Below, one piece after another: positions 1 to 12,723 of a DNA stretch of 64,000 bases. This DNA comes from Octopus vulgaris (lineage: Eukaryota), in NCBI GenBank assembly GCA_951406725.2, contig OX597818.1:107942001-108006000 (forward strand), written 5' to 3'. Position numbers and translations under genes: made by a program. Numbering within the stretch: the first letter of the stretch is position 1; each line of letters begins with the position of its first letter. The notes beneath the pieces were generated by a model. It did not search any database and was not told the origin of the DNA. It was given only the letters and a program-made list of their open reading frames with translations.

Positions 1-329
1 ACCATCTTGAACTCAATCAACTTTGGGCTCTGCAAGTCTCTACATCATATTTTACAATCCATAATAGAGGGATGCTTATAATTTGCTGTTGCCATTTAGC
101 CCCAGGTCAGTCCTGATCAATCAGACCTATGATCAGAACAATCAATACTTAACTGTCTTAGCATCCTGTATCGAAGACTGCATTATCTTATGTGCCTTTC
201 TTTCTTTTAATATACTAGGAAGGGAATTTAGAGAAATTTGGTTGTTATTTCTAGCAGAGCAGGCAATACATACCAGATTATGGCCTTTGGAACTTAGTAA
301 ACCAAAAAGTATTAACTCTCTACAAGTAT

Positions 330-1496
330 CAATCAGAACCAAATTCTTCTTTATGATCCAGCAAGACAGGCAACCAAATTCCTCAATGCCAACACACTTC
401 TGATGTCACAGTTTTGCAGATTAGAATTTACACAATACATCTCTATCTTCTCCCCTTCCCAGCTACTTGTCTGGATATGTCAATATTGTGTCTTGGAGGA
501 ATAAGTTCAGACGTGGTTTCATACATGTTACAATTTACATTCTGATATGCAGCTGCGTAGTCATTCTTTGCCATGAGAGTGGAATTGTTTTTGGTATTCT
601 ACTAATGCCAGCCAGCTTGGTATTTTTATATTCTGGTTGAAAGTTTGTTAAGAAAGGTCAATGTGACAACCTATCATAAAAGTTCTGAGTTTTTCTAACC
701 TGAAGTCATTCTCTTGTCATAGTTTCAGCAATACCAAAATTAATTCTGCATAGTTTGAACGTAATGCAGGATAAGGAATTGTTTTGTATTCTTGCCTCAC
801 AGCATTCTGGTTGAATTCTTCAGATTTTCGTCCAGTATAAACCCATACCTTCATCAGAAGTTGCTTCTGTGACTTTCAATGGCCATTTCCCCAAAACTCA
901 GTTGAATGCTGAGTGAAGGACACCATGTTTATTTCTTCTGATGTTTGTTGTTTTTGACCACATGTATGTATGTATATATGTAGGTAGGTAGGTAGGTATG
1001 TATGCATGTATGTATATATGCATGCATGTATGTATGTATGTATGTATGTATGTATGTATGTATGTATGTATGTATGTATGTATATATATATGCATGTATG
1101 CATGCATGCATGTCTGTATGTATGTATGTATGTATGTATGTATGTATGTATGCATGCATGCATGTATGCATGTATGTATGTATGTATGTATGTATGTATG
1201 TAGGTAGGTAGGTAGGTAGGTAGGTAGGTATGCATGTATGTATATATGCATCTATGTATGTATGTATGTATATATGCATGTACGCATGCATGTATGTATG
1301 TATGTATGTATGTATGCATGCGTGCGTGTATGTATGTATGTATCTATGTATGTATGTATGCATGCATGCATGCATGCATGTATGTATGTATGTATGTATG
1401 TATGTATGTATGTATGTATGTATGCATGCATGTATGCATGCATGCATGTCTGTCTGTCTGTCTGTCTGTCTGTATGTATGTATGTATGTATGTATG

Positions 1497-1528
<32 letters not shown>

Positions 1529-2787
1529 TGTATGTATGTATGTATGTATATATGTATGCATGCATGTATTTATGTACACACATGACTATAGACAGCATGT
1601 ATACATGTTCTCTTCTATTCTGAATTCTTTAAATTCTTCCTCAATAGAAGGAACCAGTTTTCTAACAAAGATTCAAAGCTTCATCATTGATATGTTGATG
1701 ACCAAAACAACATCACATTATAAACCTGAGAAAAGTCTTGCATATTTTTATTGTTCTATTTAGATTTTTGGTTAACATCTTTTTTCAGAAAATCCCAGCT
1801 TTCCCTAATTGTCCCTTAAACATTTACTGATACAATCAATTGTACAATGAACTGTTATTTGTGTAAATATGAGTTTATAACTTTGGTAAAGAAGCTAAAG
1901 GTTTCAGAGCAGTTACCCTCTTCCTCCTAAATTTTCAAAGAGATATTCACATCAACAAAGCAGCTGACCTCTGTGATGGTTACGGTTTCTCATCTGGCCA
2001 GTTACGTTTGCACTTGGCAGAAGTTTCGATGGCAACATTTCACCAAAATTCCTTGTGTTGATGCTTGTGAATGTATTCAATAACAGGAAGATTCTCAATA
2101 CTTTTATCCCAGGAAAGTCTTTTTCAGAGGAAACATGTTGTCGTATTAAGATGTAGTACTTTAACAACATTTTTGGGGCAGCTGCTAATCACGCGTGTGA
2201 TGTCTTCCAAAGAAATGTGACTTAATTATTATTTTCAGTTGCATTTTGGAGTACCAAGGGCTTCACCACCACTTTAGTCTATTAGGTATTTGGTAGTAAT
2301 TTCATGTTTTGGGATTCCACTTTTGCCAAATGCAGAATCTTCAGCTACCCTGAGTAGGAAATGGATTCATATGCTTTCCTCTAATCAATTCATATTCTCA
2401 CAAGGTTTTCTTTCTTTGTATAGCACAGCATTGTTTATCAAAAGTTGCTAGGCCCACTCCCTCACTTGCTTCTTTCCACCTGCCTATTCATCAATCACTA
2501 TATATTGTCAGACTCACTACAATGCCAGAGGAATTGGTTGAGACAGCTTGTATAGAGCTTGTGCATAGTGTTTAAACAAACAGTAAGCCCATAGTTTTCT
2601 GCCAACTCAGCCGTTTCATTCTTGACTACAAGATTCACCCATACTCTAGCAAACTAATTTGGAATGTCTATCTGACCTTCCATAGTTCTTTTAAATATGC
2701 ATATTAAGGATTTTCTATATAATGTCAGCCTCTGGTACCAATATCCAACTGTTAAGTCTTTTCCAGGTGTCTTCCTATTTGCAGGAA
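330..2787 (-). mobile_element. Heavily decayed R4/Dong-like (RLE-type) non-LTR retrotransposon remnant, interrupted by a (TATG)n array
   Basis: Minus-strand translations across frameshifts give RKTPGKDLTVGYWYQRL (cf. WKAPGxD.I..YW), ENYGLTVCLNTMHKLYTS (cf. NYRPITCL.T.YKL.T), AGGKK...QLLINNAVL, ID*RKAYESISY (cf. WIDY.KAYDSV.H) and a GGRG motif near 1925. Many stops; boundaries approximate. Confidence 0.6.
961..1570. repeat. Compound (TATG)n/(TAGG)n/(CATG)n/(TCTG)n microsatellite
   Basis: Directly visible; it produces the HTYI/MYVC pseudo-ORFs. Confidence 0.98.
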
Positions 2788-3518
2788 AAACAGCACCATG
2801 ATGCAATTCACTCTGCCAGAAATTTGGAAACAACATGTTGTACTGCTTGGCATTGACGCTAGAAGCTCCAATACGAACATTTCAGAGTGTTTGGGTGTCG
2901 TCAATATGAGGACAGTGAATGCACCGAGAGTGATAAAAATCAAACAGTCAACATCATGTGGTGTTTGGAGTGATCACTAGTGATAATGATGTTATACGTT
3001 GATTCATCTTCCCACATGGCCTCAGACTCAACATGGAGACCTACATCAAGTGCCTGGATGAGGTAGTGCTGTCCTGGTTGAAGAGGGGTCCTCTGGAAGA
3101 CCCTATATCTGGCAGCAGGCCTCTGCACCATGCCACACAAGCAGGAGTACCCAGTCATGGCTGTCAGACAATTTCTGTGATCACATCACCCTTATCATGT
3201 GGCTACCTAACTCCCCAGACTGCAACCCCTATGATTATTGTGTGTAGGGTGCAGCTGAATGAGAGACCAACAAAACTCCCTGTAACACCAAAGAGGAACT
3301 GAAGGCAAAGCTTATGGCTGCATTCATCAGCTTAAATGAGGAGACCATCCAGAAGAGTTGCAGGAGATTCTGAAGACATCAGGAGACCAGAGTTGAAGCT
3401 GCTCTTTAATATTTCAAGATATTTTTATGTAATTTTGGTAAATATTTCTGTTAAAATGAGATGTCAGTGTTATTTTTATTTTTGCTTAGCTTAGACAACA
3501 TTTATTTCACAGCACCCT
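2788..3518 (+). mobile_element. Internally deleted DD37D (maT-type) Tc1/mariner transposon relic, retaining the 3' end
   Basis: N-terminus MMQFTLPEIWKQHVVLLGI, then FIFPHGLRLNMETYIKCLDEVVLSW, YIWQQDSAPCHTSR.., WLPNSPDCNP.DY across frameshifts. Homologous to 48457-49040. Confidence 0.85.
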
Positions 3519-3579
3519 GTGCATGTGTATATGTGTGTGTGTGTGTCTGTATATATATTTATATATATGTAAATGTATG

Positions 3580-3636
<57 letters not shown>

Positions 3637-3651
3637 ATTATGTATATATGC

Positions 3652-3770
3652 AGGTGCAGGTGTAACTTTGTGGTAAAAAGTCTGCTTTCCAACCACATGG
3701 TTCCAGGTTCAGTCCCACAGCATGGAACCTTGGGCAAATGTCTACTATAGCCATGGTCTGACCAAAGCCT
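3652..3770 (+). mobile_element. SINE family A, 5' fragment
   Basis: Matches the head of 12293-12723 (GTGGTAA...CCAACCACATGGTTCCAGGTTCAGTCCCAC). Confidence 0.8.
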
Positions 3771-3777
3771 TATATAC

Positions 3778-3835
<58 letters not shown>

Positions 3836-4644
3836 TGAGAGAGAGAGATGGAGAGAGAAGGGAGGAGAGAGAATGAGAAATACAGATATCTACATAAATA
3901 CTTAAATGGAAGAATGGGTGTGTTTCATTGCCACTAATTAGCCTTCTTAAAAACAAAGCTGACCCCAAAAGAAAAACTGATAAGAATGTTATGTTTATTA
4001 CTCAATGTAACCATGGTAACCAAACGAAAAACAAAAAGAAGATAATTAAAAACAAGTACAATGGCAAGAATGACAACGGAAAGAAGAAAGAAACAAATTT
4101 ACTTTGTGTCATAATGAATGAAAAAAAAAGAAGGAAAAAGCCAACAGCAAAAGCAAAAAGAAAAAAGCTAAATTAAATCGACTAATTAGGGTTACCAAGA
4201 CAAAGTAAGATCAAAATTCTTCCAAACTACTGAAAGAGATGTGTGTGTGTGTGTGTTGATATGCAAAAATATTTGTTTATGTATATATGCATACATACAA
4301 ACACACACATAATGATGATGATAGTAGTAGTAGTAGTAGGAGGAGGAGGAGGAGTAGGAGTAGGAGGAGGAGGGGAAGGAGAAGGAGGAACTCATAACAA
4401 AACAATGATGGCAACAGCAACAATAATATTTCCTTTATTAGCCACAAGGGTTCACAGAGATACAAAAGATTGAAACTTTCACCTAAAATTACAAGGAAAG
4501 AACAGAAAATGTTAACTCTAAACAAAAAAGAAACCATTTACAAATTATGAAGAGAGGAGTTGAGAGATGTTATACAGTAAATGGACAATATATATATTCT
4601 TTAAAGGTATATACACAGACCTGTATGTATACATGCACACATAC

Positions 4645-4990
4645 AGGAATTACAACTGTGTTTTGTGGTCTGCTACCACAACAGCTCTTTTATAGGATCC
4701 TGTTAGCTCAAGACATCATCAGGAGGAACCATGTTCGGTTTCAGCCCCTACTCCTCTACCGTTTTGATGTGGCCCCCTCCCTTTCGTGTCTTCAGCTCTG
4801 GTGTTGGGTGCATGTCTTCTTTCTTCTGTTCCCTGGCCTCTTCGGTGTAGCATCAATGAGTGTCAGCGGGCGACTGACTAACTTGTCAAACTTTTTCCCT
4901 TTAAATACCTGCCGCTAGGCTCTAGCAAGCAGCCCCAGCAAGTTGTCACGTGACACTGTCTCAACTTTAACTGACCAATGAAGGCGGGTA
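4645..4990 (-). mobile_element. Short LTR/pLTR-like repeat, copy 1 (homologous to 60920-61295)
   Basis: The reverse complement aligns by eye with 60940-61295. It carries CCAAT (4975-4979), the palindromic E-box TGTCACGTGACA (4944-4955), a TATTTAAA, and CTGATGA/GAAAC cores. Confidence 0.7.
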
Positions 4991-5484
4991 AAAGTTTTTA
5001 TTTTCCATTCCCTTCAAAATTGATCTTAAATGTGGTTTTGGACCTTTTGCCTGCTCCTTCTACCATGTAAGACTGCCTGTTACCTCTTTTGTGTTTAAAT
5101 GTACTCATAAGTGCTGTAATGGATTACCAGGGCTCCAAGCTCATAGCCAAGATGGGAGTTATGGAGCAATTGTAGATTTCCAATATAGCAAATATATAAT
5201 TGTTAAAGAGGACAACTAATGTCAAGGCAAGACAAACAGCTTTACGCTTCTTTTTTCATCTATTTCTTCATTTCTTTATTCCTTTTCTCCAGTCCTCTAT
5301 GTCATCGCTTCATTAATCTGCACCCTTCACATTTTCCCTATTTGTCTCCAATGATGGAATATCCCATACTTTTGGATATCCCAGAAACATCTGTAAGACT
5401 TTATATTTTTCCAATAATAATAATGTATATGACTTGAGATGCTTGTCTTGCCTTAGCACTTGTTGTCCTCTCAAACAAATAATA

Positions 5485-5518
<34 letters not shown>

Positions 5519-5696
5519 AATGGCGGTGCCCCAGCATGACCACAGCTAGTGAGCTGAAACTAGATAAATAAATAAAAAGAAAAAAAAATATAAAGTTAAT
5601 CCCAACATGAAAACACAAAGAGAAAACAGAACAACGCAAGGACGTGGAACAAGTATAGTGTTATTGGATGCTCAGGAAAGGAAAGAAAGAAGGAGG

Positions 5697-5731
5697 ATTT
5701 AATGTTTTGAGTGGAGCTCTTTGTCAGAAAC
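5697..5731 (-). ncRNA. Decayed minimal hammerhead ribozyme in a PLE-like repeat fragment (approx. 5580-5810)
   Basis: Minus strand: gttt CTGACAA a gagc tcc actc AAAA ca TT aaat. Reverting four CpA to CpG gives CUGACGA-A-GAGC-ucc-GCUC-GAAA-CG-UU. Confidence 0.55.
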
Positions 5732-6199
5732 ATAGGAAAAGGAAAGATTCAAGGAAGGGAAAACGGAGAACAAAAATCGCCAACGATACACACGCTGTCA
5801 CATATTGAATCATATATATATATATATATATGTTTATGAATTTGTGTTGCAAGACTCCTGATGTGAAACTGTGTGTTGAAAGAGATATTGTTGTAGAAGA
5901 ACAGAATGGACTAAGCAGAGCAGAAGCACAGACAAGGACATAAAGCGTCACTAAAGAGGTCACAGATGTGTGATGAAAGATATTCGGACAATGGACATGA
6001 GTTTAAATAAGAACAGTAATAAACAATTAAAGAACAGATATATAGTACATGTGTTTATTTGGTAAAAATGTGAACATATATAACAATGTATATATACATA
6101 TCTTTTATCCTTTCTCTTTTACTGCTTTCAGCCCAGGGCTGAGGTCATGCTGGTGCACCACCTGTAGTTACTCAGTGTTGTTTCCAGCATTGTTTTTGG

Positions 6200-6512
6200 T
6201 GAAGTAGCAAGTTAGACGGAGCTACTCTTCTTTACATCTTCTTCTGTGATGTGGGTTCATCTGGTATCTCAGATAAAAACCTGTCCAGAATTTCCTTGAA
6301 AACTTCCACATCAACATCGTGTAGATCTCTGAGGTTGCCTGGAAGGATGTTGAATAATTGCAGGCCCTTAAAACCCAGATTGTTGCAGATTTTTGGTATG
6401 ATGCAATGCCATCCATTCGAGGACTGGTATAGAGAGCAATTCCAAAATTGGGAGTGAAACCCTCCAAGATCTTCCAAGTATATATCACCACCGATCTCTC
6501 TCATCTTCTCTC
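6200..6512 (-). mobile_element. CR1/L2-group LINE ORF2 C-terminal remnant
   Basis: VIYTWKILEGFTPNFGI...NNLGFKGLQLFNILPGNLRDLHDVDVEVFKEILDRFLSEIPDEP, a typical CR1-group 3' end. Confidence 0.8.
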
Positions 6513-6845
6513 CTTAAATATTGAAAAGCTTGCAAGACACAACGAAAATTTTAGTAAAAGTAAAAGTAAAAATAAAATAACGAACTTTTTTTAAATTCTG
6601 TTGACTAGCTTCCTGATTTCAGTACAACGTATTTCTGTAGTGGGTATATAATAATATGTGGAAATTGACGATTTAAAAGTCTGTTATCAGCATATTGGCA
6701 TGGAAATAATTTTTCTTTTGCCCTTGTTTATAAGTTGTTTGTAATTTTAACCTTTAAAGGTATTTTAATATGCTGCCACTTTTTGATGAATATTTTTCTG
6801 TAAAAAACTTCATCCTATATTAGTAGTAGTATATATATATATATA

Positions 6846-7105
6846 TAGTAAAAATTATTTACCAACATAATGTGGCAGTCCTGGTTAGGTTGATTGTTAC
6901 TGTTATTTAGCTAAACACTCTTGTTTGAAAATATAAAGATACAGATGGTGTATCGTATAGCCAGCTGAGGACAATGTTTCCTGGGACTAAATAACAGTAA
7001 CAATCGTCCTAACCAGGACTGCCTCATTATATTGGCAAATAATCTTTACTCTAGAGTACTGTTACTGAATATCTCTCGTTCAGGGATTTAGAAATAATAA
7101 TTTTC
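6846..7105. repeat. Foldback repeat family copy 1 (arms approx. 6846-6910 and 6987-7050, plus a one-sided extension)
   Basis: Arms are reverse complements (GGCAGTCCTGGTTAGG / CCTAACCAGGACTGCC). Homologous to 37096-37328. Confidence 0.85.
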
Positions 7106-7184
7106 TGTTTATTAGATCAGGGACTGTGTGTCACTTTGAAAAGTATATGTTTCAAACTAGAGTTTAGTGACACAAATTTTAACT

Positions 7185-7247
7185 GAGCAGTTATTCTGTG
7201 CTGATGAAGAGAAATAACCCAGAAACCATTGGTACACAGATATTGCT
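7185..7247 (+). ncRNA. Type I hammerhead ribozyme motif with degenerate stem II
   Basis: Stem I tctgtg (7195-7200)/cacaga (7235-7240), extendable by agcagt/attgct; CTGATGA 7201-7207; GAAA 7222-7225; stem III ACC-att-GGT; cleavage triplet GUA 7232-7234. Confidence 0.7.
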
Positions 7248-7251
7248 TTGA

Positions 7252-7295
<44 letters not shown>

Positions 7296-7404
7296 TTTGT
7301 GTTTGTATTTATCCGCCCCACCATCACTTGATAACCGATGCTGGTGTGTTTATGTCCAAATCATGGCCATAGTCAAATGACTGAAACAAATAAAAAATAA
7401 AAGA

Positions 7405-7438
<34 letters not shown>

Positions 7439-9017
7439 GCCTGCATATATATATACATACACACACACACATATATATATACACACACATATGCACATTT
7501 ATATATACATATACCTTGCACACATGTACTTATATGTACATATATTTACATGGAAATAATAGAAAAAATTCCAGTAAATGCCACCAATTAAAATGAGACG
7601 TATTTTAAAGAGCTGAGAGCCAAAAAGCTTTCTAGTTTTTTTTTAATCAGAGCACTTCATGACCTCGTTCTTTTAACAGCTTTTCAAACTCTGTTTAAGT
7701 GCAAACAAATACACCATTAATATTTTTGCTTTTTAAGTTTTTGCTATAATGTTTTGATTTTATTTATAATCCCTGTTTGTATTCTGAACCTATCTGTGTC
7801 ATTCTCAATTCTTTGGAGAGTACTTGGCACCAGAAATGCATGATTTTCTTTATTAACTGTTTGTTCGCTTTTCATAGAATGGTAAAACCTCAGTTCATTT
7901 TTCTTGTTATTGTCCTGAGGAGGAACATTTTGTTCCAGTTTTCATTTTCTGTGATTTCCTCTCTTTCCCTGCCCCTCACCTTTCATATTTTTGCCAAGCA
8001 TTTGGGAATATTCATCGGTAACTGTCATTTCTTTTTCATCAAACAATGAAATTGTGGCACCAAAAGAAGGTACAGTTAAGGGTGATTTCTGATACTGAGT
8101 CTAAAGATATTTTCTTTGTGGTCCCCAGGGTTTTGGCAGGTGGTGCTCTGCAAACAGGGGTTTGTTGTTTTCTTTGCTGTATTTAGTTTTGTTTTCTTTG
8201 TTTTTGTTTATTCTTCCCAATTCTTCCATACATTCAATTCTAAAGTATGTTTTATTCTGACAAATCTAACAACTAGGCTTTCAGGCATATATCATTAATC
8301 TTACACCTATGTCTTGGAGTCTTCCACTAGATACAGTTCCAATTAAGGGCCTGTGATATTTTTCCATGTCATTAGGATTTTGAGATTAGTACCTAGATAT
8401 TGAATGTCTCCCATGGTAATTAACAACCAAGTATCAAAGCTTATAATGTGCAGAAAGAGTCCCTGCGAGACCTCTGACAGCAGGATGCTTATCTGCTCAC
8501 ACAGAATCTACCAGAACAAACAAGACCAAATGTTCTGAGAAGTAAAACAATAATATGCTTTATTACATTACAGGTAATAACACCTGAGAAAATATTCTAA
8601 TTAGTTTTAAAAAGATAGAGTGGTGTGTAAAGGAAATTTGGTTGTTGTTTCTCTCAGTTCTTCCTTTAGTTTAATATGTGGAGCTGGTTCTCTGGACAAC
8701 TCCAAGAGATGTGTAGGCAAAATGGTCTTGAACTTGTTTTTATCACAAGCAAGAACAGTTGGTCTGTAACTTGGTGGAGTGATTCTATATTAGACATTTT
8801 TGGAAAGTGACAGGGAAGATATAGAATATGAAGAGGAAAACACCAGTTTATGAAGACGGAATATGTTATTGACTAGAATGTCGTTTGTGTCAGAAGTTTT
8901 TGGCAAAAACTAAGGATACGTTAATATTAGAAAAGAGATTGATGAAAGTAACAGAAAAGGCAAGATTTTTAAATTTCTAACATGAATTATCTAGAATAAT
9001 TTAATTATTCTAGATAA

Positions 9018-9215
9018 TTGGTTTCAAATTTTGATACAAGGCCAGCAATTCTGGGGGAAGGGAAACTCGATTATTCAACTGCTATTTATTTTATTGACTC
9101 CAAAAGGAAGAAAAACAAAAGTCAACCTTAGACAAATTTGAACTCAGATCGGGAAGATAGACAAAATGCTGCAAAGTATTTTGCCTGGCATGCTAACAAT
9201 TCTGCCAGCTTGCCA
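9018..9215 (-). mobile_element. SINE family C, diverged
   Basis: Similar to the reverse complement of 54229-54459 and to 25553-25771. Confidence 0.65.
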
Positions 9216-9539
9216 TGTTACTTATGAAAAAAATTATTCTAAAATATTAGCGTTGCTCTGCACTAGAGTTGGAATTCTAAATTAAGGGTCTTAAAATCTT
9301 TATCCGTCATCATCCTCATTTGATGGTTTGATAAATCAAACCGGGAATACTTTCCACTGCCTCTTCATCTTCCTTACATGGACTTTTCCCTATTTCCAAT
9401 TTCCAAGTTCCCTTGCAAGGCTTTTGGTTGGCCAAGGCTTTAGCAGAAGCCATTTGCTGAAGGTGCCATCTAAAGAAACTGAACTGCTTCTGATTCAAAC
9501 TTCTTAGATGCATATCTATGCTGGCATTGCCAACTTCCA

Positions 9540-9815
9540 TCATCGTCAGTGTCATCGTCATAATTTAAGGCCCATTTTCCATACTGGCATGGGTTGCACA
9601 GTTCGACAGGAGCTAGCAAAGCTAGAGCACTGCACCAGGCTCCATTGTTCTCGCGAGTTCTCTACAGCTGGATGCCCTTCCTAATTGCAACTGCTTTACA
9701 GATTGTTCTGGGGACTTTTTATGTGTCACCAGCACAGGAGCTTTTTATGTGGTGCCAGCATGGATGATTCATCACCAGTGTTCTTTACGTGACACCAGTA
9801 CAGGTGCTTTTTACA
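9540..9815 (-). mobile_element. SINE family B, diverged
   Basis: CTACAGCTGGATGCCCTTCCTAA core with a (CAT)-like tail. Confidence 0.7.
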
Positions 9816-11417
9816 TTTAGAAATTGTGTTTCCGAGTTCAAATTGAATATGAAACCATGAATATACTGAAAAATGAGAAACTGATGATTATTAAAATTTC
9901 GATTCTATCGTAATATAAATGTATGAGGTGAACAGTTCAGAAAACATTAATTAAAAAGAAAGGTGTTTATTTCCAAGTAAAAATGTCTACTTTCAAGATG
10001 GCATATTGATACTAAATTATCCCTTCTCTCTTAAACACACGAGATGTCCAAATTCCCATAATTCAAGCATCGCTATGTAGAGTTAGTTTGAAAAAGAGAT
10101 TAGCATTTTTTCATGGAAACACTTCTTTTTAATTTCCTATTTTCAACTGATGGCGACAGATTAGAAATAATTGTGCAAAGATGGTGCTAAGATAATTCTA
10201 AATTACATTGACCCACAGTAGCACTTTCAATTTCAAAACAAATCTGTTATATAATTGTCAACATTCGGTTTCATTTGATTATTGCATTCCTTTCTGCCTT
10301 TTAAATTGCTTAACAGCTGCACACAATGGCATTTATTGAATTCCACTGATTCCATATTGTTTTTTTTATCCAAGTGACACATATGAATATATCATTTATA
10401 AAAGTACAAATTTCTAGGATTTTAGGAACATTTATTCTCTGACAGACTTCCTAAATGTCTGGGAATATTTCAGGAACCTTGTAATCTAATCTCCCAGTGA
10501 AAGAACTATTAGAGTCTAGATTCATTGATTATAAGATGCATGAGCACAATTGTTCCGAGGTCAGAGAGATAACTAAATGGCCAATGGTGCAAACCTTGCT
10601 AGGGTCATTGCTTTGTACTGTTAAGGAAAAGTTCAAAACTATGCGTCTTTCAGTTTTCTTGATAGGGAAATTTTGCTACTCATATTTCATAGTTAAGTGC
10701 TGTATGGCTTGGAAGGGTTTAGAACTGCAAAAGCCAATTGTTTCAGTATGCAATCATACGCATAGTTTCTTTTTACTTTGAGACAAGTACATGCATTGCT
10801 TCATGTAAAATGTTAGATTATAAAAGAAAAAACTCCAGCTTTTGAGGGGTTGGGAATATGGATATGTCTAAGGACTGTAAAGGAGGGAGAGGTGCATGCA
10901 CACCATGTGTGTGTTTGTGTGTGTGTGTGTGTGTGAAAGTTGGTATGTTTGTCTTTAAGTATCTGTAACTAGACATTACTTGTATACTTAAAGCATGCAA
11001 CAATGACACTTTTTCAGTGATGTTAATGTTTACAGCCAGCATAAAAACATGCTCAGCTTGTGTTGTTCAAGATGTGAAAGACCAGAAAAATAAGAGAACA
11101 TGATAGGTTTTAAGGGAGTGTTGACAACAGGTAAAGCATCCAGCTGTAGAAAAGCTACCACAAGTTATATCTAAATCATGCCATCATGGGAAAAGCACCA
11201 GCATGGGTGCTTTTTACATGGTGCCAGCACTCACAGGTTTACAAGGCAAGGATCTCTCAACTGAGAGAGGGAGTGAAAGTGTGAGATTAAAAATCAATAT
11301 TCTATGATTAGTGATCAATAGTCTATGCCATCAACAACAACCATTAAACTTCAGTTTCTTTCTTTTGATAATACAAATCTTTAATGTGTAGAATCATTCC
11401 TTTTTGTTCCGTTTCAT

Positions 11418-11965
11418 TATAGCTGTTTTCGATCTAATTTGGATTCTTTGCCATCAAATTTGAATTCTTTGCAATCGAATTTGAATTTTTCAATTGGTGC
11501 TCAAGCCTTGAAAAAAAAAAGAGAGTTAAACTACATCAGCCGTAAGGGAATACGTGTCTATCTTATCTAACTCGTCCAGTAGAGCCCACCAATTGATATC
11601 GGGAAAGTTCAATTAAATAACTTATGAACACTGCTATAGCTTCTACCAAACAATGATCCATTATGTCGACAGGTCTGAACAAGGGGAGATGATGAATGTA
11701 TGATTCTTTTTCTAATATCTCCCCTTGTTCAGACCAGTCGACATAATGGAGCATCTTTTGGCAGAAGCTATGGCAGAGTTCATGAGTTATTTCATCGAAC
11801 TTTTCAGATATCAATTGGTGGGCTCTACTGGATGAGTTAGATAAGATAGACATGTATTCCCTTACGGCTGATGTAATTTAAGTCTTTTTTTGTCAAGGTT
11901 TGAGCACCAATTGAAAAATTCAAATTTGATGGCAAAGAATCCAAACTATATCGAAAACATCTATA
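11418..11965. mobile_element. Approx. 550-bp palindromic (foldback) MITE-like element
   Basis: Arms 11418-11690 and 11717-11965 are reverse complements (e.g. GTCCAGTAGAGCCCACCAATTGATATC / GATATCAATTGGTGGGCTCTACTGGAT), with a 26-nt loop and TA at both ends. Confidence 0.85.
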
Positions 11966-12292
11966 TTTCCAGTCTTACATCTCCTTCCATCATAGACTTC
12001 TACTCACATATTCATCCTAAGTACAAGCCTCTGCCACATTAACCCCCAACATGGAACAGCAATATTTATCCTCAGCATTGAGTAATGCACCTATATTCTC
12101 TTTCAACATGGAGTACAGTACCAATATTTCCTATCAACTTAGTATTTTGCTCTTATATCAACACCCAACATGCAGTATTAACCCTCAACATGCAACACTG
12201 CTCCTACATTTACCTCCCATGTTGAGTGATGTTTTTGTATTGTCATAATTCCTAACATATGACTCGCTCACAAAATAAAATCTGTCACTATA

Positions 12293-12497
12293 GGCATAGG
12301 AGTGGCTGTGTGGTAAGTAGCTTGCTAACGAACCACATGGTTCTGGGTTTAGTCCCACTCCATGGCACCTTGTGACAAGTGTCTTCTACTATAGCTTCAG
12401 GCTGACCAAAGCCTTGTGAGTGGATTTGGTAGACAGAAACTGAAAGAAGCCCGTCGTATATATGTGTATATATATATATACATATATATATATGTAG

Positions 12498-12543
<46 letters not shown>

Positions 12544-12723
12544 GTTTGTGTCTGTGTTTGTCCCCCCAACATCGCTTGACAACCGATGCTGGTGTGTTTA
12601 CATCCCTGTAACTTAGCAGTTCGGCAAAAAGAGACCAATAGAATAAGTACTAGGCTTACACAGAATAAGTCCTGGGGTTGATTTGCTCGACTAAAGGTGG
12701 TGCTCCAGCATGGCCACAGTCAA
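12293..12723 (+). mobile_element. tRNA-derived SINE family A, near full length, with internal (TA)/(TG) microsatellite
   Basis: A-box-like TGGCTGTGTGG and B-box-like GGTTTAGTCCC; conserved body GCCTTGTGAGTGGATTTGGTAGACAGAAACTG; more than ten copies in the window. Confidence 0.9.

Noticed and set aside
815-862. Minus-strand CTGATGA...GAAA
   Set aside because: No valid stem III/UH with matching stem I; lies within a LINE remnant.
876-1763. Overlapping 100-216 aa ORFs
   Set aside because: Translations of the (TATG)n microsatellite.
7770-8500. Possible old LINE fragment (also 62860-63330 and 60445-60800)
   Set aside because: Strand-biased composition but too few diagnostic motifs to call.
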